Origin: Promethearchaeota archaeon
Lineage (GTDB): Archaea; Asgardarchaeota; Lokiarchaeia; Sigyniarchaeales; SOKP01
DNA: 52,450 nucleotides
Reading direction: 5' to 3'
Assembly (NCBI GenBank): GCA_048941285.1
Contig: JBHLNS010000018.1
Coordinates: 1-52,450 of the forward strand
The notes under the pieces were generated by a model. The model searched no databases, had not been told where the DNA came from, and was given only the letters and a program-made list of their open reading frames with translations. Every line of letters starts with the position of its first letter. The first letter of the stretch is position 1. The translations under genes and the position numbers were made by a program. Positions 1 to 9,962 of the stretch are shown here, one piece after another.

Positions 1-339
1 TCCAATTTTACTTTTAATCTGCTTGTTATATGAATAATTTTTTAAGAATTTGAATTTGATGTTTTCTTTTCTTTAAATTCTTTACTCTCTAACATCTATA
101 GCAATTGAAGCTCTTTTTTCAGCGCTATCTCCACTTGCATTTATTATCGCGTGATATTTTCCCTCTCGTGTTACAGAATCAACTCTAAGTGTGCTTTCAC
201 TATTATTCTGAGTTAAATGAAAATTAAATGGAACCTTTTTCCCCATCATTAATTTAAGGACAACGTGAGCAACCGTAAAATGCAGCTCGTAAAAAATAAA
301 AGCAAAAATCAAAGAAATACTAAAATTCAAAGTACAAAT

Positions 340-933
340 TTAGACCCTTAGCGAGCCACGGAATGCCCTAACGCTATAGAAAGAGGGCGCACTATTATGA
401 TACACAAAGACATGGCCGTAGCGGCGATCAGCAAAGATAGCGCCACCGAGTTTTCTAATATCAGGAGGCGTTTTTACCCAGCTCGACGTCTTAGTATCGA
501 AATTTCCAAGTTTCTGCAACTCTCTATACTCTTCTTCCGTTAAAAGCTCAATACCCATCATACCGGCTATATCAATAGCGTTACCTTCTGGATGCACCCC
601 TTTCTTTTCCCTCGCCTCCTGCCCTTCACGGTCGTAACAAACATTTCTGCGGCCTTTAGGACTTTCCGCTGAACAATCATAAAAAATGTATTCACCCGTC
701 TTTTTATCATGACCAACCAAATCCGGTTCACCTCCAGTTCTTTCCATTTCATTGAGTGACCACAGTTTTTCAGTATTAGCTTCCAGCTTTGCTTGTATTT
801 TAGCCCATTCAAGACCTTTATGGCGGTTCATGTTTTTCTCAAAACGAGCTTTCAATGCTCTGAGTAGTTCTTCATGTTGTTCTGGTGACAACTCTTTTTT
901 GAAAGCAGTAATTGATGGCTTGCGCATAATCAT
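340..933 (-). CDS. DUF4256 family protein
   Basis: 197 aa ORF with characteristic segments (RFEKNMNRH, LWSLNEMERTGGEPD, SPKGRR, FDTKTSSW, GGAIFADRRYG); visibly more GC-rich than neighbouring genes. Confidence 0.85.
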   Translation of the reverse strand: MIMRKPSITAFKKELSPEQHEELLRALKARFEKNMNRHKGLEWAKIQAKLEANTEKLWSLNEMERTGGEPDLVGHDKKTGEYIFYDCSAESPKGRRNVCYDREGQEAREKKGVHPEGNAIDIAGMMGIELLTEEEYRELQKLGNFDTKTSSWVKTPPDIRKLGGAIFADRRYGHVFVYHNSAPSFYSVRAFRGSLRV

Positions 934-1061
934 TGTATTAATCCAGAGTTTATAAATTTATCTAGGCAGGGAAGGACATTTTTTGTCCTAATTGAGGTGA
1001 AAAATTAGAAAATAATCGACTTAATATCTGTTCTTACTGTGGTTCTAAAATCAATTAGTTT

Positions 1062-1283
1062 TTAAGTTTTTATAACATATTCAGACCACTCACCCCGATA
1101 CAAAGCTTTTCGAGTGCCATTCATTTCTTTATCTGAAGTTTGGGGTATTTTATTTTTACTCTTCTTAAATTCTCCTTTATAACCGATACGCGTTTTCAAT
1201 ATTTTATACATACTTTCTCTCGCTAAAATCTCTTTTGCAACACGCTTGATAACGAATATCGAAAGATTAGATTTTTTTAACAC
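1062..1283 (-). pseudogene. Short basic ORF, possibly a decayed continuation of the mobile-element remnant
   Basis: 73 aa Lys-rich ORF starting a few nt after the TnsA-like fragment on the same strand; no family recognised. Confidence 0.2.
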
Positions 1284-1288
1284 TTTTT

Positions 1289-1425
1289 TTACGGATTCCC
1301 TTCTAAATAGGAAGTTGCTACAGAAAAGAGTTGTTTAAAATTTCGTTCTAAGCAGGATTCATATTCTACAAATCCATTTGGATTTTTGTGTGTTAGAAAA
1401 ATTCCTCTAAATTCACTCCTAATTA
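1289..1425 (-). pseudogene. Probable remnant of a TnsA-like endonuclease N-terminus (Tn7-type)
   Basis: Manual translation gives LIRSEFRGIFLTHKNPNGFVEYESCLERNFKQLF...*, resembling the RGxFxSxKN...VxxESxLERDF motif of TnsA-like proteins; no in-frame ATG and an early stop. Confidence 0.45.
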
Positions 1426-1540
1426 AAAATTAATCATACAATCATCTGTAAATTAATAGATAAAATAAAATTAAATAGTTAATTATTATTATATGTACAT
1501 AATTCAAGCGGAAAACAATTTTACAAAATAAGGAGATTGT

Positions 1541-1978
1541 GTGAAGAAAAAAATAAAAAATTATTTTTTGATTACATTAAGTATTTTAGTTGGATTTTAT
1601 TTAATTCTTATTCCTCTCTTAATAATATATTATGATAACGGCCCAGTATTGTCTCTCCTAAATAACATTCATTTAATGGTGCTGTTCTCTATTATGATAT
1701 TTTTTTTGATTATTTTGATTAATCTTTTCTTGATTAAATCAACTAAATTAGTTAAATTAGAAAGAATTATACTTCTATGTATTATTGGGGGTAATTTAAT
1801 CTTAGCCTTTCTATTATTGTTTTTATTTATTAGTCCCAACTCCGCGATGATTCAAGATTCCTCATTAATGTTTGCCATTATTGGAATTGTATACGTGATT
1901 TTTAGTGGATTATTTATAGCTATATTCGCATCAATAAAAAAAAGTTATAAAAATAAAATAATTAAAAATTTAGATTAA
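1541..1978 (+). CDS. Small integral membrane protein (about 4 TM), unknown function
   Basis: 145 aa with four hydrophobic segments; AAGGAG SD-like motif before the GTG start; 3' end overlaps the giant ORF. Confidence 0.7.
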   Translation: MKKKIKNYFLITLSILVGFYLILIPLLIIYYDNGPVLSLLNNIHLMVLFSIMIFFLIILINLFLIKSTKLVKLERIILLCIIGGNLILAFLLLFLFISPNSAMIQDSSLMFAIIGIVYVIFSGLFIAIFASIKKSYKNKIIKNLD

Positions 1979-4900
1979 TAAATTAATATCTTCTTGTAGG
2001 TATGTAATTTGTACAATAAGATAATTAGCAAATTCTTCTGAAATTTTATGTTTAACCAATAAACAATTGACTATTTTTTTAGAATGTTCAAGTATTCTAA
2101 TTGATTTATCGAAATAACAACCAGGATCACTGTCATGCATGATAAGAAGAATTGAAAATTCAAGCATTATTGTTGTTGTATATATTTTCATTTGTAAGCA
2201 ATACCCATAGCAATGGGATAGCTCATCTTCAATTGAATCTTTCAAAATCCATAAATTTTCAATAATTCGAGAAATTTTATAGAGCATTTCATTATTGGTT
2301 GTTAGACCTTTAAGGATTATAATTCTATTCCTGATAATCCTTAGTTCAGAAAGTAGATATGTATAAGTATCATCATCTATCTTACCAAACTTATTGAATA
2401 AGTATATTTTATGAATTGCTGAGAGAATGTAAGATTTAGCTTTAATATAACAACAGTATGAACAGTGTGTATGATTTAGAATATAATGATCATATGCTTT
2501 ACATAAATAATAAAATGATTTATCTAAATATCTATTGAGATTTCTTGAAGCACACCAAGATAGATTTTCCTCAATATAATCTATAAGATCTACTATCTTA
2601 CTTCTTATAGATCTGTAGTATGACGGTATTGTTGGTTTAACAGTAAAACTAGATGTAAAGTTTTCAATAAAACCGTTTTGTAAAACTATGACCTGGATTG
2701 TAAAATTATAAAGGATTTTAGACATTCCTATCCAATCGAATGAAACTTCAATATGAAAGGTTCCATTGTATACGCCTCCTGGCTCTAGTGATATTGTTAG
2801 TGGATCAGGATATATTATAAATAGATTTTCAACAATTGGAATAAAATTAACTTTAAAATCTGCATTTACATTTCCAGAATTGCCTAGCAATAACGAATAC
2901 TCTATGCTATTGCCAGGATTGATTATCATCGATGAGGCATTAGTCATTGAAAATTCGAAATCGTAAAATGGTAAGACTACTACGGCAAAGATATCATTAT
3001 CTCGAATATGTGTATCATCATAACGTTGGATTGTTACATTTACGCTGTATTCTCCAGGAGATATTGAATAATCTTTTGGGACATAAATCTCTATAGGGAT
3101 TATTCTTGCCTCATAAGGATCCAATTCAATTGTTTCATTAAAACTAAACCATGTTTTATGCCGAGACTCCAATATTATTTCGCATAGGATTGATTCATCG
3201 TAATTATTAGCAATATTGATGAAGTGTTTTTCTTGTTCACCAGGTTTAATATGGATTAGGCTTACAGGAATCTCAAGATCTAATGATAACATTAATTCTG
3301 CATATCTTATAATTTCATTAGCATATTCAAGAAAGCTATTGTATGTCTGGTTATTGGTTTTTGAAACTATATATTTTGAATAATTCATTAATTTTGATGC
3401 CCAATATTCAGCGATATGCCAATTAGAATCGCTTACAGCTTTTTCTGTTTCAAATTTCAGATGATTGAGTTTATCTGCTTCTTCTGTTGTTACTCTCGTT
3501 ATTGATTGATGTAAATAGTCGATGTTTATATTAATTGAGTTATTCAGTAAACTAATAGAATTTTCTAAGTGTAAATTACCATATGTATTAAAATATTTCG
3601 AGATATTGTATATGCTATTGCTTATATTAGTCACCATTTCAAAATCATTAATCTTTAAGACAGATTGAGTTAAATTTTCTATCTGTGCGTCGTTATATCC
3701 AATATCTTGCAATATTTCTAACTCATCATCAGGTAAACCACTAGAATTCAATTTGTCATAAGCAATATTAAAATTTCCTTGAGTAAAATTGAGATATTCA
3801 TTGTTTTGTACTTCTGTAAAAATACCTTGAATACTTTCACCAAATTTCATGTAACTTAATCCATTCTGAGTATGTAAACCACTATTTTCTTCAAGTAGGT
3901 CAGAACAGAACTCATAATTACCTTCCTCAAAATTATGTGCATATAAATCTTCATTTAATATTATTTGATCTGTAGTATTCATTATAGATACCGCACTATC
4001 AATAGCATTGTGAGTTAAAATTCCTACAGAGTTATTAGCAGGAACGTCTTGTTTAAGTCGATTTTGTAAATAATTATAGTCAATATCAATTGGATCATTA
4101 TTAGACCACAATAGGCATAAATATTTGAAAACATCACAAAGCACTTCTATAGCAATCAATGCATAGAAGACAATCATTAAAATTGGATAGGCTATTGCAC
4201 CATAAAAGGGAATAGCTAATGCTACTTGTGCTGCTATGAATGCCATTGAAGCTAAAATCGTAAAGATTGAGCTACAAATTTCTAGTATTGATGAGATAAC
4301 ATATAAATTGAATTGTTTTGCAGATATAGAAATTTTTAATGGAATATCTGGAAATATCATCAATTGTTGTCCATCCTGACCATTTTGCCATGTATATGTA
4401 GCAGAACCCTCATATTGATATATCTCATAAAAATGTGTTGATGCTAAAAAGTTAGCAGTCTGCCACCCAATATCTACTAGGAGATTAACAACAAAGAATA
4501 TCTTAGTTACTGTTGATATTTCAGTTAAACCTTTTGTTAAAATGGTCGTTATTAGTTGAGCATAGTCAACTACATCATTTATTATCATAGAAATCCATGT
4601 ATTTGGGTTAAACCATGTAGTTTTAGTAACTTTAACTTCAGGAATATAATTTCGGTGTGACTTGGCTTCGATAGTATCTTCATTAATGTTAATTTTCATA
4701 TCTAGATAATGATAATCTGTCCGAAGACTCTTGAGAGCTAAATCCGTAGCTCGAAAATCAACAGAAATATGTGCATCATTATAAACTATAATTTCAAATT
4801 TTATGGCATTTAATTTATCATCACCTGTTTTGAGAGGAAATCCATTAATATTATCACCCCAAGGAAAAAGGTTTTTACCTTCCTCATTTCCAGTAACATC

Positions 4901-7900
4901 TCCGTACACAATCCTTAGATCAGGAACAGGAATGATATTAATTTCGACTGTTTTTATGAAACTTCTTATAACATTATAAGAGTCTCGGTAAGTAATATTT
5001 AAATCATAACTGAAATGACCTATATGGTCTTCTTCATGCCAAGGTGTATTAATACTGAAAGTTTCACCAGGTTCTATATTGATTGAACCGGATTTCTTCC
5101 ATATAATGTCATCTGGAGCTAAGATAAATCCAATCTCAATTTCAGTAATATTATTGTTATCAGCATTATTAAAAATATCAAGTTGAAAATAAAATTCCTC
5201 ATTAGGATATGGATCCTCGTTATAATCCTTTCCATATTTAGCAAAAGATGTATAAATGACATCAGGATGAGTTAACTCAAATTGTTTTGCAAATTCTATA
5301 CTCCTGGGTCCTTGCAATGTATTGTATGTTAATACTCCATAGTATTCATATAATCCAACATCAAACCAAATATCTTCAAATTCCAAAGAAATTTCAGTTT
5401 GAGGACTTACAATACCAAATTGCTGATATTCAGTTTCTAGATAATATTTATTGATCTGATTTATATCATATATGTATTTATCAATTGATATTGCTGTATC
5501 TAAAGTAGGCTTTTCTGCCCAATTAAGAAATCTAGCCAGTGTTTGAAGATTTGTAGCAGGAAACATTGAAGTTGTATTTGTTGTTATAAAAAATTGCAAT
5601 TTCTTAACTGAAATATCGACGCTATCAAACCAATAATCCCAGTAAGAATTTCCATTTGCATCTAATAATTCTACAGAAGCAAAAATGAAATAATATCCTT
5701 CATAATCAATACTTAGAGGTATTAAAAATGTTTTTTTTTTATTTGGATTAATTGTACTAAGGCTGTATCGATTTATTTCCACTGCAGGAGCTACTACCTT
5801 CCCATCTACATCTTGTTCACCCATATAAATATAGACTTTGCTCCCTATTACTGATTTATTAATTCCATTGTTTTTTATTTCGATTTCAACATTAAATAAC
5901 ATTCCAGGTAATAATTTTTTATTCGAGAGAGAAAAAGCACTAATTTTTGGATTAACTAAGTATTTTTCAATATAGAATGTCTCAGAATAAGAAATCGAAA
6001 GAGAATCACTAGTTCTGTCATTATCGCTATCTACAACATAAATTAGATATCCAATTTCAGTATTTATTTTGTAATTATCCCCTAGAAAAGCTTTAAAAGC
6101 CTGGCCATATTCTTCACTATCTAAACTTTTTACCCGTTGAATAATCGCATCAATTTGGGAAGATCCGTTTATTGTGTATGTTACATTTAATAAGTCGATA
6201 CCTGAATAATCCTTGATATAGAACAATATATAATTGGAATCCAAAGCAGCATTATGTATGTTTTCGATATGAATTTCCGGGGCATTACTATCATCATCTG
6301 TAATTTGTCCTGCATTTAACCAATCAGACCAATCATGAGAGCTATAGTCATTTGATCTATCATTATCCAGATCAGATAATTTATAGCACCAATAAATATT
6401 TTTTCCCACATGGTTAATCCAGGTTGACTTTGATATAGTGTGTATTAATTCTTCTAAAGTTGCACTAGATGTAGACAAGGTAGTTTCATGAATAGCCCCA
6501 TTTAATCCAAATTTATATTGAATTTCAGCTTTCCAACCACTTCCATCTTGAGCTTTTACTTTTAAGTAATAATCATTTAAATAGGAATCATTAATATCAC
6601 CTGTGGTAGTAAGTTTATCTAATGTTGGAGCATGTATATTATCATCAAGGACCATTCCTCCATCTATCCACGAACTCCAACTTGTATAACTATAGTCTGC
6701 ACTACCGGCTCCACTATCACTGTCATAATCCTGTGCTTGATATCTCCAATACAATTTCTCACCAATATATTGAATCCATGTTGATCGAGATATATAACGT
6801 GTAGTACCCCAAGAGCTTCCAGCATTCCGATAGTCATAGGAAAAGCTATAGACTGTTCCTGAATCACCAAATTTATATTCAATTGTGACCCCCCATGGTG
6901 AACTATCAGTACCATATACCTTCAAATAATAGGAGTCTAAGTAATTATCATAAATATTCCCCCCACCTAGTTCTATTTCACTTGTATCATCATGGTTAAA
7001 TATAGATGGTGCAGACGTATCATCATCTATTATCGTTGTATAAACTTCTTCACTATCTGAAAAACCTGCTTTATCGTCTGCCCAAACATATATCCATAAC
7101 GCAGAACCTGTTTTTAAAAAGTTCCAAAGCCAAACTTCAAGAGTAAATCCAATATAATTCTCATTTGAAAAATCATAAGAAAATTCTTTAAATAATACTT
7201 TCGACCCACCTGACCATGTAAAAAACTGGACTTTTAAGTATCTTAAATCATCAGTCCATAAATGCCACCATTCTTTATAACAATACACACGAGTTTTCAT
7301 GTGGATTTCATAATCAGTTCGGGAGTAAATGTTAATATATTCCACTTTTGGACCGTCATAATCTTTTATAATTAATGTAGCAGTTTTACTATACAATATG
7401 TCATTATTTTTTTTATATGAAACCTTGTATGTGAGGCAAACGATTTCTTTAATTGTCTTTTGGATAATCTCTATAGGTAATTTAAATTTAAAAATACATT
7501 TTCCTAAAATAGATGTGTACTGAGAATCAATTAATACCCATTCTTTTTCCAATCGAAAGTAAAGTATTAAATGTCCACTTGAAATCGGATTTCCACTTTC
7601 TAATAGAATAGGTTCAAGAGTAAATATTTGGTTTCCAGATTTATCAATAACTGCTAAATTTTTATTAAATATATTTTCTATTGTAATCCCCTGTTGAACA
7701 TCAGGTATAATATTAATTTCATCATTCTCAGTTGAAGTAAATATCTCTTTTGTTCCTGTTGCAGACTCTCCACTATATTGAACAAAACTACTGCCTATAT
7801 TATCACTAGAACTGTTAAGCCCTTCAATATTAATTCTATCAATCTTTGTATCTTGCTTATTTGAATCTGAACAGAAATTTGGGGTAGATATACCAATAGT

Positions 7901-7990
7901 GATTATCATCTGTATGTTTGAAATTAAAAGTATGAATATTAATATAGCTAAGATTATCTTTTTTTGATTTATTCTATTGAATTTTAACAT
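1970..7990 (-). CDS. Giant secreted/surface protein with Ig-like repeats, CARDB-like domains, a central hydrophobic region and C-terminal helical repeats
   Basis: 2006 aa; N-terminal signal/TM; repeated DDDxxAPxI and DxDNDRxxD motifs; PGxxFxVxxxIxN motifs; hydrophobic block near aa 1130-1295. Confidence 0.85.
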   Translation of the reverse strand: MLKFNRINQKKIILAILIFILLISNIQMIITIGISTPNFCSDSNKQDTKIDRINIEGLNSSSDNIGSSFVQYSGESATGTKEIFTSTENDEINIIPDVQQGITIENIFNKNLAVIDKSGNQIFTLEPILLESGNPISSGHLILYFRLEKEWVLIDSQYTSILGKCIFKFKLPIEIIQKTIKEIVCLTYKVSYKKNNDILYSKTATLIIKDYDGPKVEYINIYSRTDYEIHMKTRVYCYKEWWHLWTDDLRYLKVQFFTWSGGSKVLFKEFSYDFSNENYIGFTLEVWLWNFLKTGSALWIYVWADDKAGFSDSEEVYTTIIDDDTSAPSIFNHDDTSEIELGGGNIYDNYLDSYYLKVYGTDSSPWGVTIEYKFGDSGTVYSFSYDYRNAGSSWGTTRYISRSTWIQYIGEKLYWRYQAQDYDSDSGAGSADYSYTSWSSWIDGGMVLDDNIHAPTLDKLTTTGDINDSYLNDYYLKVKAQDGSGWKAEIQYKFGLNGAIHETTLSTSSATLEELIHTISKSTWINHVGKNIYWCYKLSDLDNDRSNDYSSHDWSDWLNAGQITDDDSNAPEIHIENIHNAALDSNYILFYIKDYSGIDLLNVTYTINGSSQIDAIIQRVKSLDSEEYGQAFKAFLGDNYKINTEIGYLIYVVDSDNDRTSDSLSISYSETFYIEKYLVNPKISAFSLSNKKLLPGMLFNVEIEIKNNGINKSVIGSKVYIYMGEQDVDGKVVAPAVEINRYSLSTINPNKKKTFLIPLSIDYEGYYFIFASVELLDANGNSYWDYWFDSVDISVKKLQFFITTNTTSMFPATNLQTLARFLNWAEKPTLDTAISIDKYIYDINQINKYYLETEYQQFGIVSPQTEISLEFEDIWFDVGLYEYYGVLTYNTLQGPRSIEFAKQFELTHPDVIYTSFAKYGKDYNEDPYPNEEFYFQLDIFNNADNNNITEIEIGFILAPDDIIWKKSGSINIEPGETFSINTPWHEEDHIGHFSYDLNITYRDSYNVIRSFIKTVEINIIPVPDLRIVYGDVTGNEEGKNLFPWGDNINGFPLKTGDDKLNAIKFEIIVYNDAHISVDFRATDLALKSLRTDYHYLDMKININEDTIEAKSHRNYIPEVKVTKTTWFNPNTWISMIINDVVDYAQLITTILTKGLTEISTVTKIFFVVNLLVDIGWQTANFLASTHFYEIYQYEGSATYTWQNGQDGQQLMIFPDIPLKISISAKQFNLYVISSILEICSSIFTILASMAFIAAQVALAIPFYGAIAYPILMIVFYALIAIEVLCDVFKYLCLLWSNNDPIDIDYNYLQNRLKQDVPANNSVGILTHNAIDSAVSIMNTTDQIILNEDLYAHNFEEGNYEFCSDLLEENSGLHTQNGLSYMKFGESIQGIFTEVQNNEYLNFTQGNFNIAYDKLNSSGLPDDELEILQDIGYNDAQIENLTQSVLKINDFEMVTNISNSIYNISKYFNTYGNLHLENSISLLNNSININIDYLHQSITRVTTEEADKLNHLKFETEKAVSDSNWHIAEYWASKLMNYSKYIVSKTNNQTYNSFLEYANEIIRYAELMLSLDLEIPVSLIHIKPGEQEKHFINIANNYDESILCEIILESRHKTWFSFNETIELDPYEARIIPIEIYVPKDYSISPGEYSVNVTIQRYDDTHIRDNDIFAVVVLPFYDFEFSMTNASSMIINPGNSIEYSLLLGNSGNVNADFKVNFIPIVENLFIIYPDPLTISLEPGGVYNGTFHIEVSFDWIGMSKILYNFTIQVIVLQNGFIENFTSSFTVKPTIPSYYRSIRSKIVDLIDYIEENLSWCASRNLNRYLDKSFYYLCKAYDHYILNHTHCSYCCYIKAKSYILSAIHKIYLFNKFGKIDDDTYTYLLSELRIIRNRIIILKGLTTNNEMLYKISRIIENLWILKDSIEDELSHCYGYCLQMKIYTTTIMLEFSILLIMHDSDPGCYFDKSIRILEHSKKIVNCLLVKHKISEEFANYLIVQITYLQEDINLLI
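5970..7370 (-). repeat. 3-4 tandem Asp-rich Ig-like protein repeats of about 115-125 aa
   Basis: IKDYDGPKV / IIDDDTSAPSI / VLDDNIHAPTL / ITDDDSNAPEI starts, and DYDSDSGAGSADYS / DLDNDRSNDYS / DSDNDRTSDSLS ends; boundaries approximate. Confidence 0.7.
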
Positions 7991-8179
7991 ATTAATTTCC
8001 TTTTTTTGTTTAAAATGGATTTACATTAATAAAGTAAGTCAATGATTTATTTAAATGTAATCTCCCAAAAAGAACGTAGATTAACTTAATTATTTGAAAA
8101 AGTATATTTTTACGTAATTATTTAAATGAATGAAACATAATTTGAACTATAGCTTTTTATCAATTTAGTCTGAGGGCTT

Positions 8180-9910
8180 ATGAAAATTAATATAAAAGCA
8201 AATAAGTTGGTATTTTCTAGTTTAGCACTAATTATTTTAGCATTTATTGTTTTTATTCCAATTGAAGTTTGTCCAAATAATCAGACGGATAAGGAAATGA
8301 TGCTTAAGAATCAGATAGAGATTTCTTATACACCAAACCATGCCCCTATTACAATTTTGGGAAATAACCAATTTACAGAAGGAAATGGAGTTGTTGCTGG
8401 GAATGGATCATCTTCTAATCCTTATATTATTGAAAATCTGATTATAGATGGCAATAATGCATCAACGTGTATATATATATTCTATACAACAGTTTATTTT
8501 ATCATTAAGAATTGTACTTTTTATAATAGTACTGAAACTAACTCAGGTGGAGGGATAAAATTAGAACAAGTGAAAAATGGGAATATTTATAATAACACGA
8601 TTACTCGTAATAATGGAAATGGCATAAGTCTTATTTATAGTACAGTAAATAATACAATCTATAATAACACTATAAATTGCAATAGAAAATTCGGAATTTT
8701 TTGTTATTTTGATTCTGATGATAATGAAATATTAACAAATAAATTTTCTAATAACTTTTTCGAAGCGATTGGTGGATATCTTTCAGATAATATGACTGTG
8801 ATTGGAAATATCTTTAAAGATAATCGAGGAGGTTTATATTTAGAAAATGATTGTATTAACTGGATCTTATATAAAAACTATTTCCTTGTGAATTTACAAG
8901 AATGTGCTACTGATCATAGTACAAATAGTATTTGGCATAATGGATCATTAGGAAATTATTGGTATGATTATGGAGGCGTTGATAACAATGGAGATGGTAT
9001 TGGTGAAACTCCTTATCTAGTATCTGGAGATTCTTTTAGTGAGGATCCTTTTCCTATTGTTTTTCCAGATTTTGATAGTGATGGCTTAGATAATTTAATT
9101 GAAGAATGGTATTATGGTACAAATATGAGTAAATGGGATACTGACAATGATCGTTATTCCGACAAGGTAGAAGTGGATTTTGGAACTGATCCTCTTAACT
9201 CTACAGATTTTCCTAATAATGCTTTTGCACCTCAATTAAGTGGTGGGGGAATCGATAAATTTAGGGGATATGAACACTTGAATTTCACATTCTTCATTAA
9301 TTATTATGATTATGATAATAATACCCCAAGTTATGTTCATGTTATAATTGATGGAAAAGCTTATTCAATGAAAAAGGCAAATAGTTCTGATCTTAACTAT
9401 ATTGATGGATGTATGTATAATTTCAGTCTTAAACTAAGTGAGGGGAGTCATCAATACTACTTTATTTCTAGTGATAGTAAATTCATTAACACAACTTCTT
9501 TATTCAGTGGTCCAGTAGTAGAAAAGACTTTAATGATAATTTCACCTCTTAATCAAACCTACACTACTTTAAGTATAGATATAATTCTCCATAATCAAAA
9601 TAAAGATTTAAACAAGGTTTATTTTAGAATTTATTCTTTAACAGAGAATTCATGGATAACTCAATCAAATGGTACTTTATTTGTCAATAATTTTACTATT
9701 ACTTTATCTAATGGTGCTTATAATATTGATTTTTTTGGAAATGATAACTATGGATTTTACTATCAGAATCAAGTTTTTTTTACAATCGATAAACCAGCAA
9801 TAAGTCAACCCATTCCAGGATTATTACCTTTTCCAATTCTGGCTTTCACAATAATAGCTTTGATGTTAATCATTATAAAAGATAAGTTCAAAAAAAATTC
9901 AAAATACTAG
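8180..9910 (+). CDS. Cell-surface protein: NosD-like parallel beta-helix, Ca-binding DxDxDG repeats, Ig-like domains and an IPG-type C-terminal sorting/anchor segment
   Basis: Signal peptide; HAPITILGN..GNGSSSNPYIIENLII; GNYWYDY..DNNGDGIGETPY; DFDSDGLDN..DTDNDRYSD..GTDPL; C-terminal QPIPG + TM + basic tail. Confidence 0.85.
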   Translation: MKINIKANKLVFSSLALIILAFIVFIPIEVCPNNQTDKEMMLKNQIEISYTPNHAPITILGNNQFTEGNGVVAGNGSSSNPYIIENLIIDGNNASTCIYIFYTTVYFIIKNCTFYNSTETNSGGGIKLEQVKNGNIYNNTITRNNGNGISLIYSTVNNTIYNNTINCNRKFGIFCYFDSDDNEILTNKFSNNFFEAIGGYLSDNMTVIGNIFKDNRGGLYLENDCINWILYKNYFLVNLQECATDHSTNSIWHNGSLGNYWYDYGGVDNNGDGIGETPYLVSGDSFSEDPFPIVFPDFDSDGLDNLIEEWYYGTNMSKWDTDNDRYSDKVEVDFGTDPLNSTDFPNNAFAPQLSGGGIDKFRGYEHLNFTFFINYYDYDNNTPSYVHVIIDGKAYSMKKANSSDLNYIDGCMYNFSLKLSEGSHQYYFISSDSKFINTTSLFSGPVVEKTLMIISPLNQTYTTLSIDIILHNQNKDLNKVYFRIYSLTENSWITQSNGTLFVNNFTITLSNGAYNIDFFGNDNYGFYYQNQVFFTIDKPAISQPIPGLLPFPILAFTIIALMLIIIKDKFKKNSKY

Positions 9911-9962
9911 TGCTTTTATTGTTTTTTTCTTAACAATATTAATATCCAATTTATATTCCTTG

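Noticed and set aside
82-330. 82 aa ORF, possibly a fragment of an Ig-like domain
   Set aside because: No recognisable family or clear start context; cannot be supported as a gene
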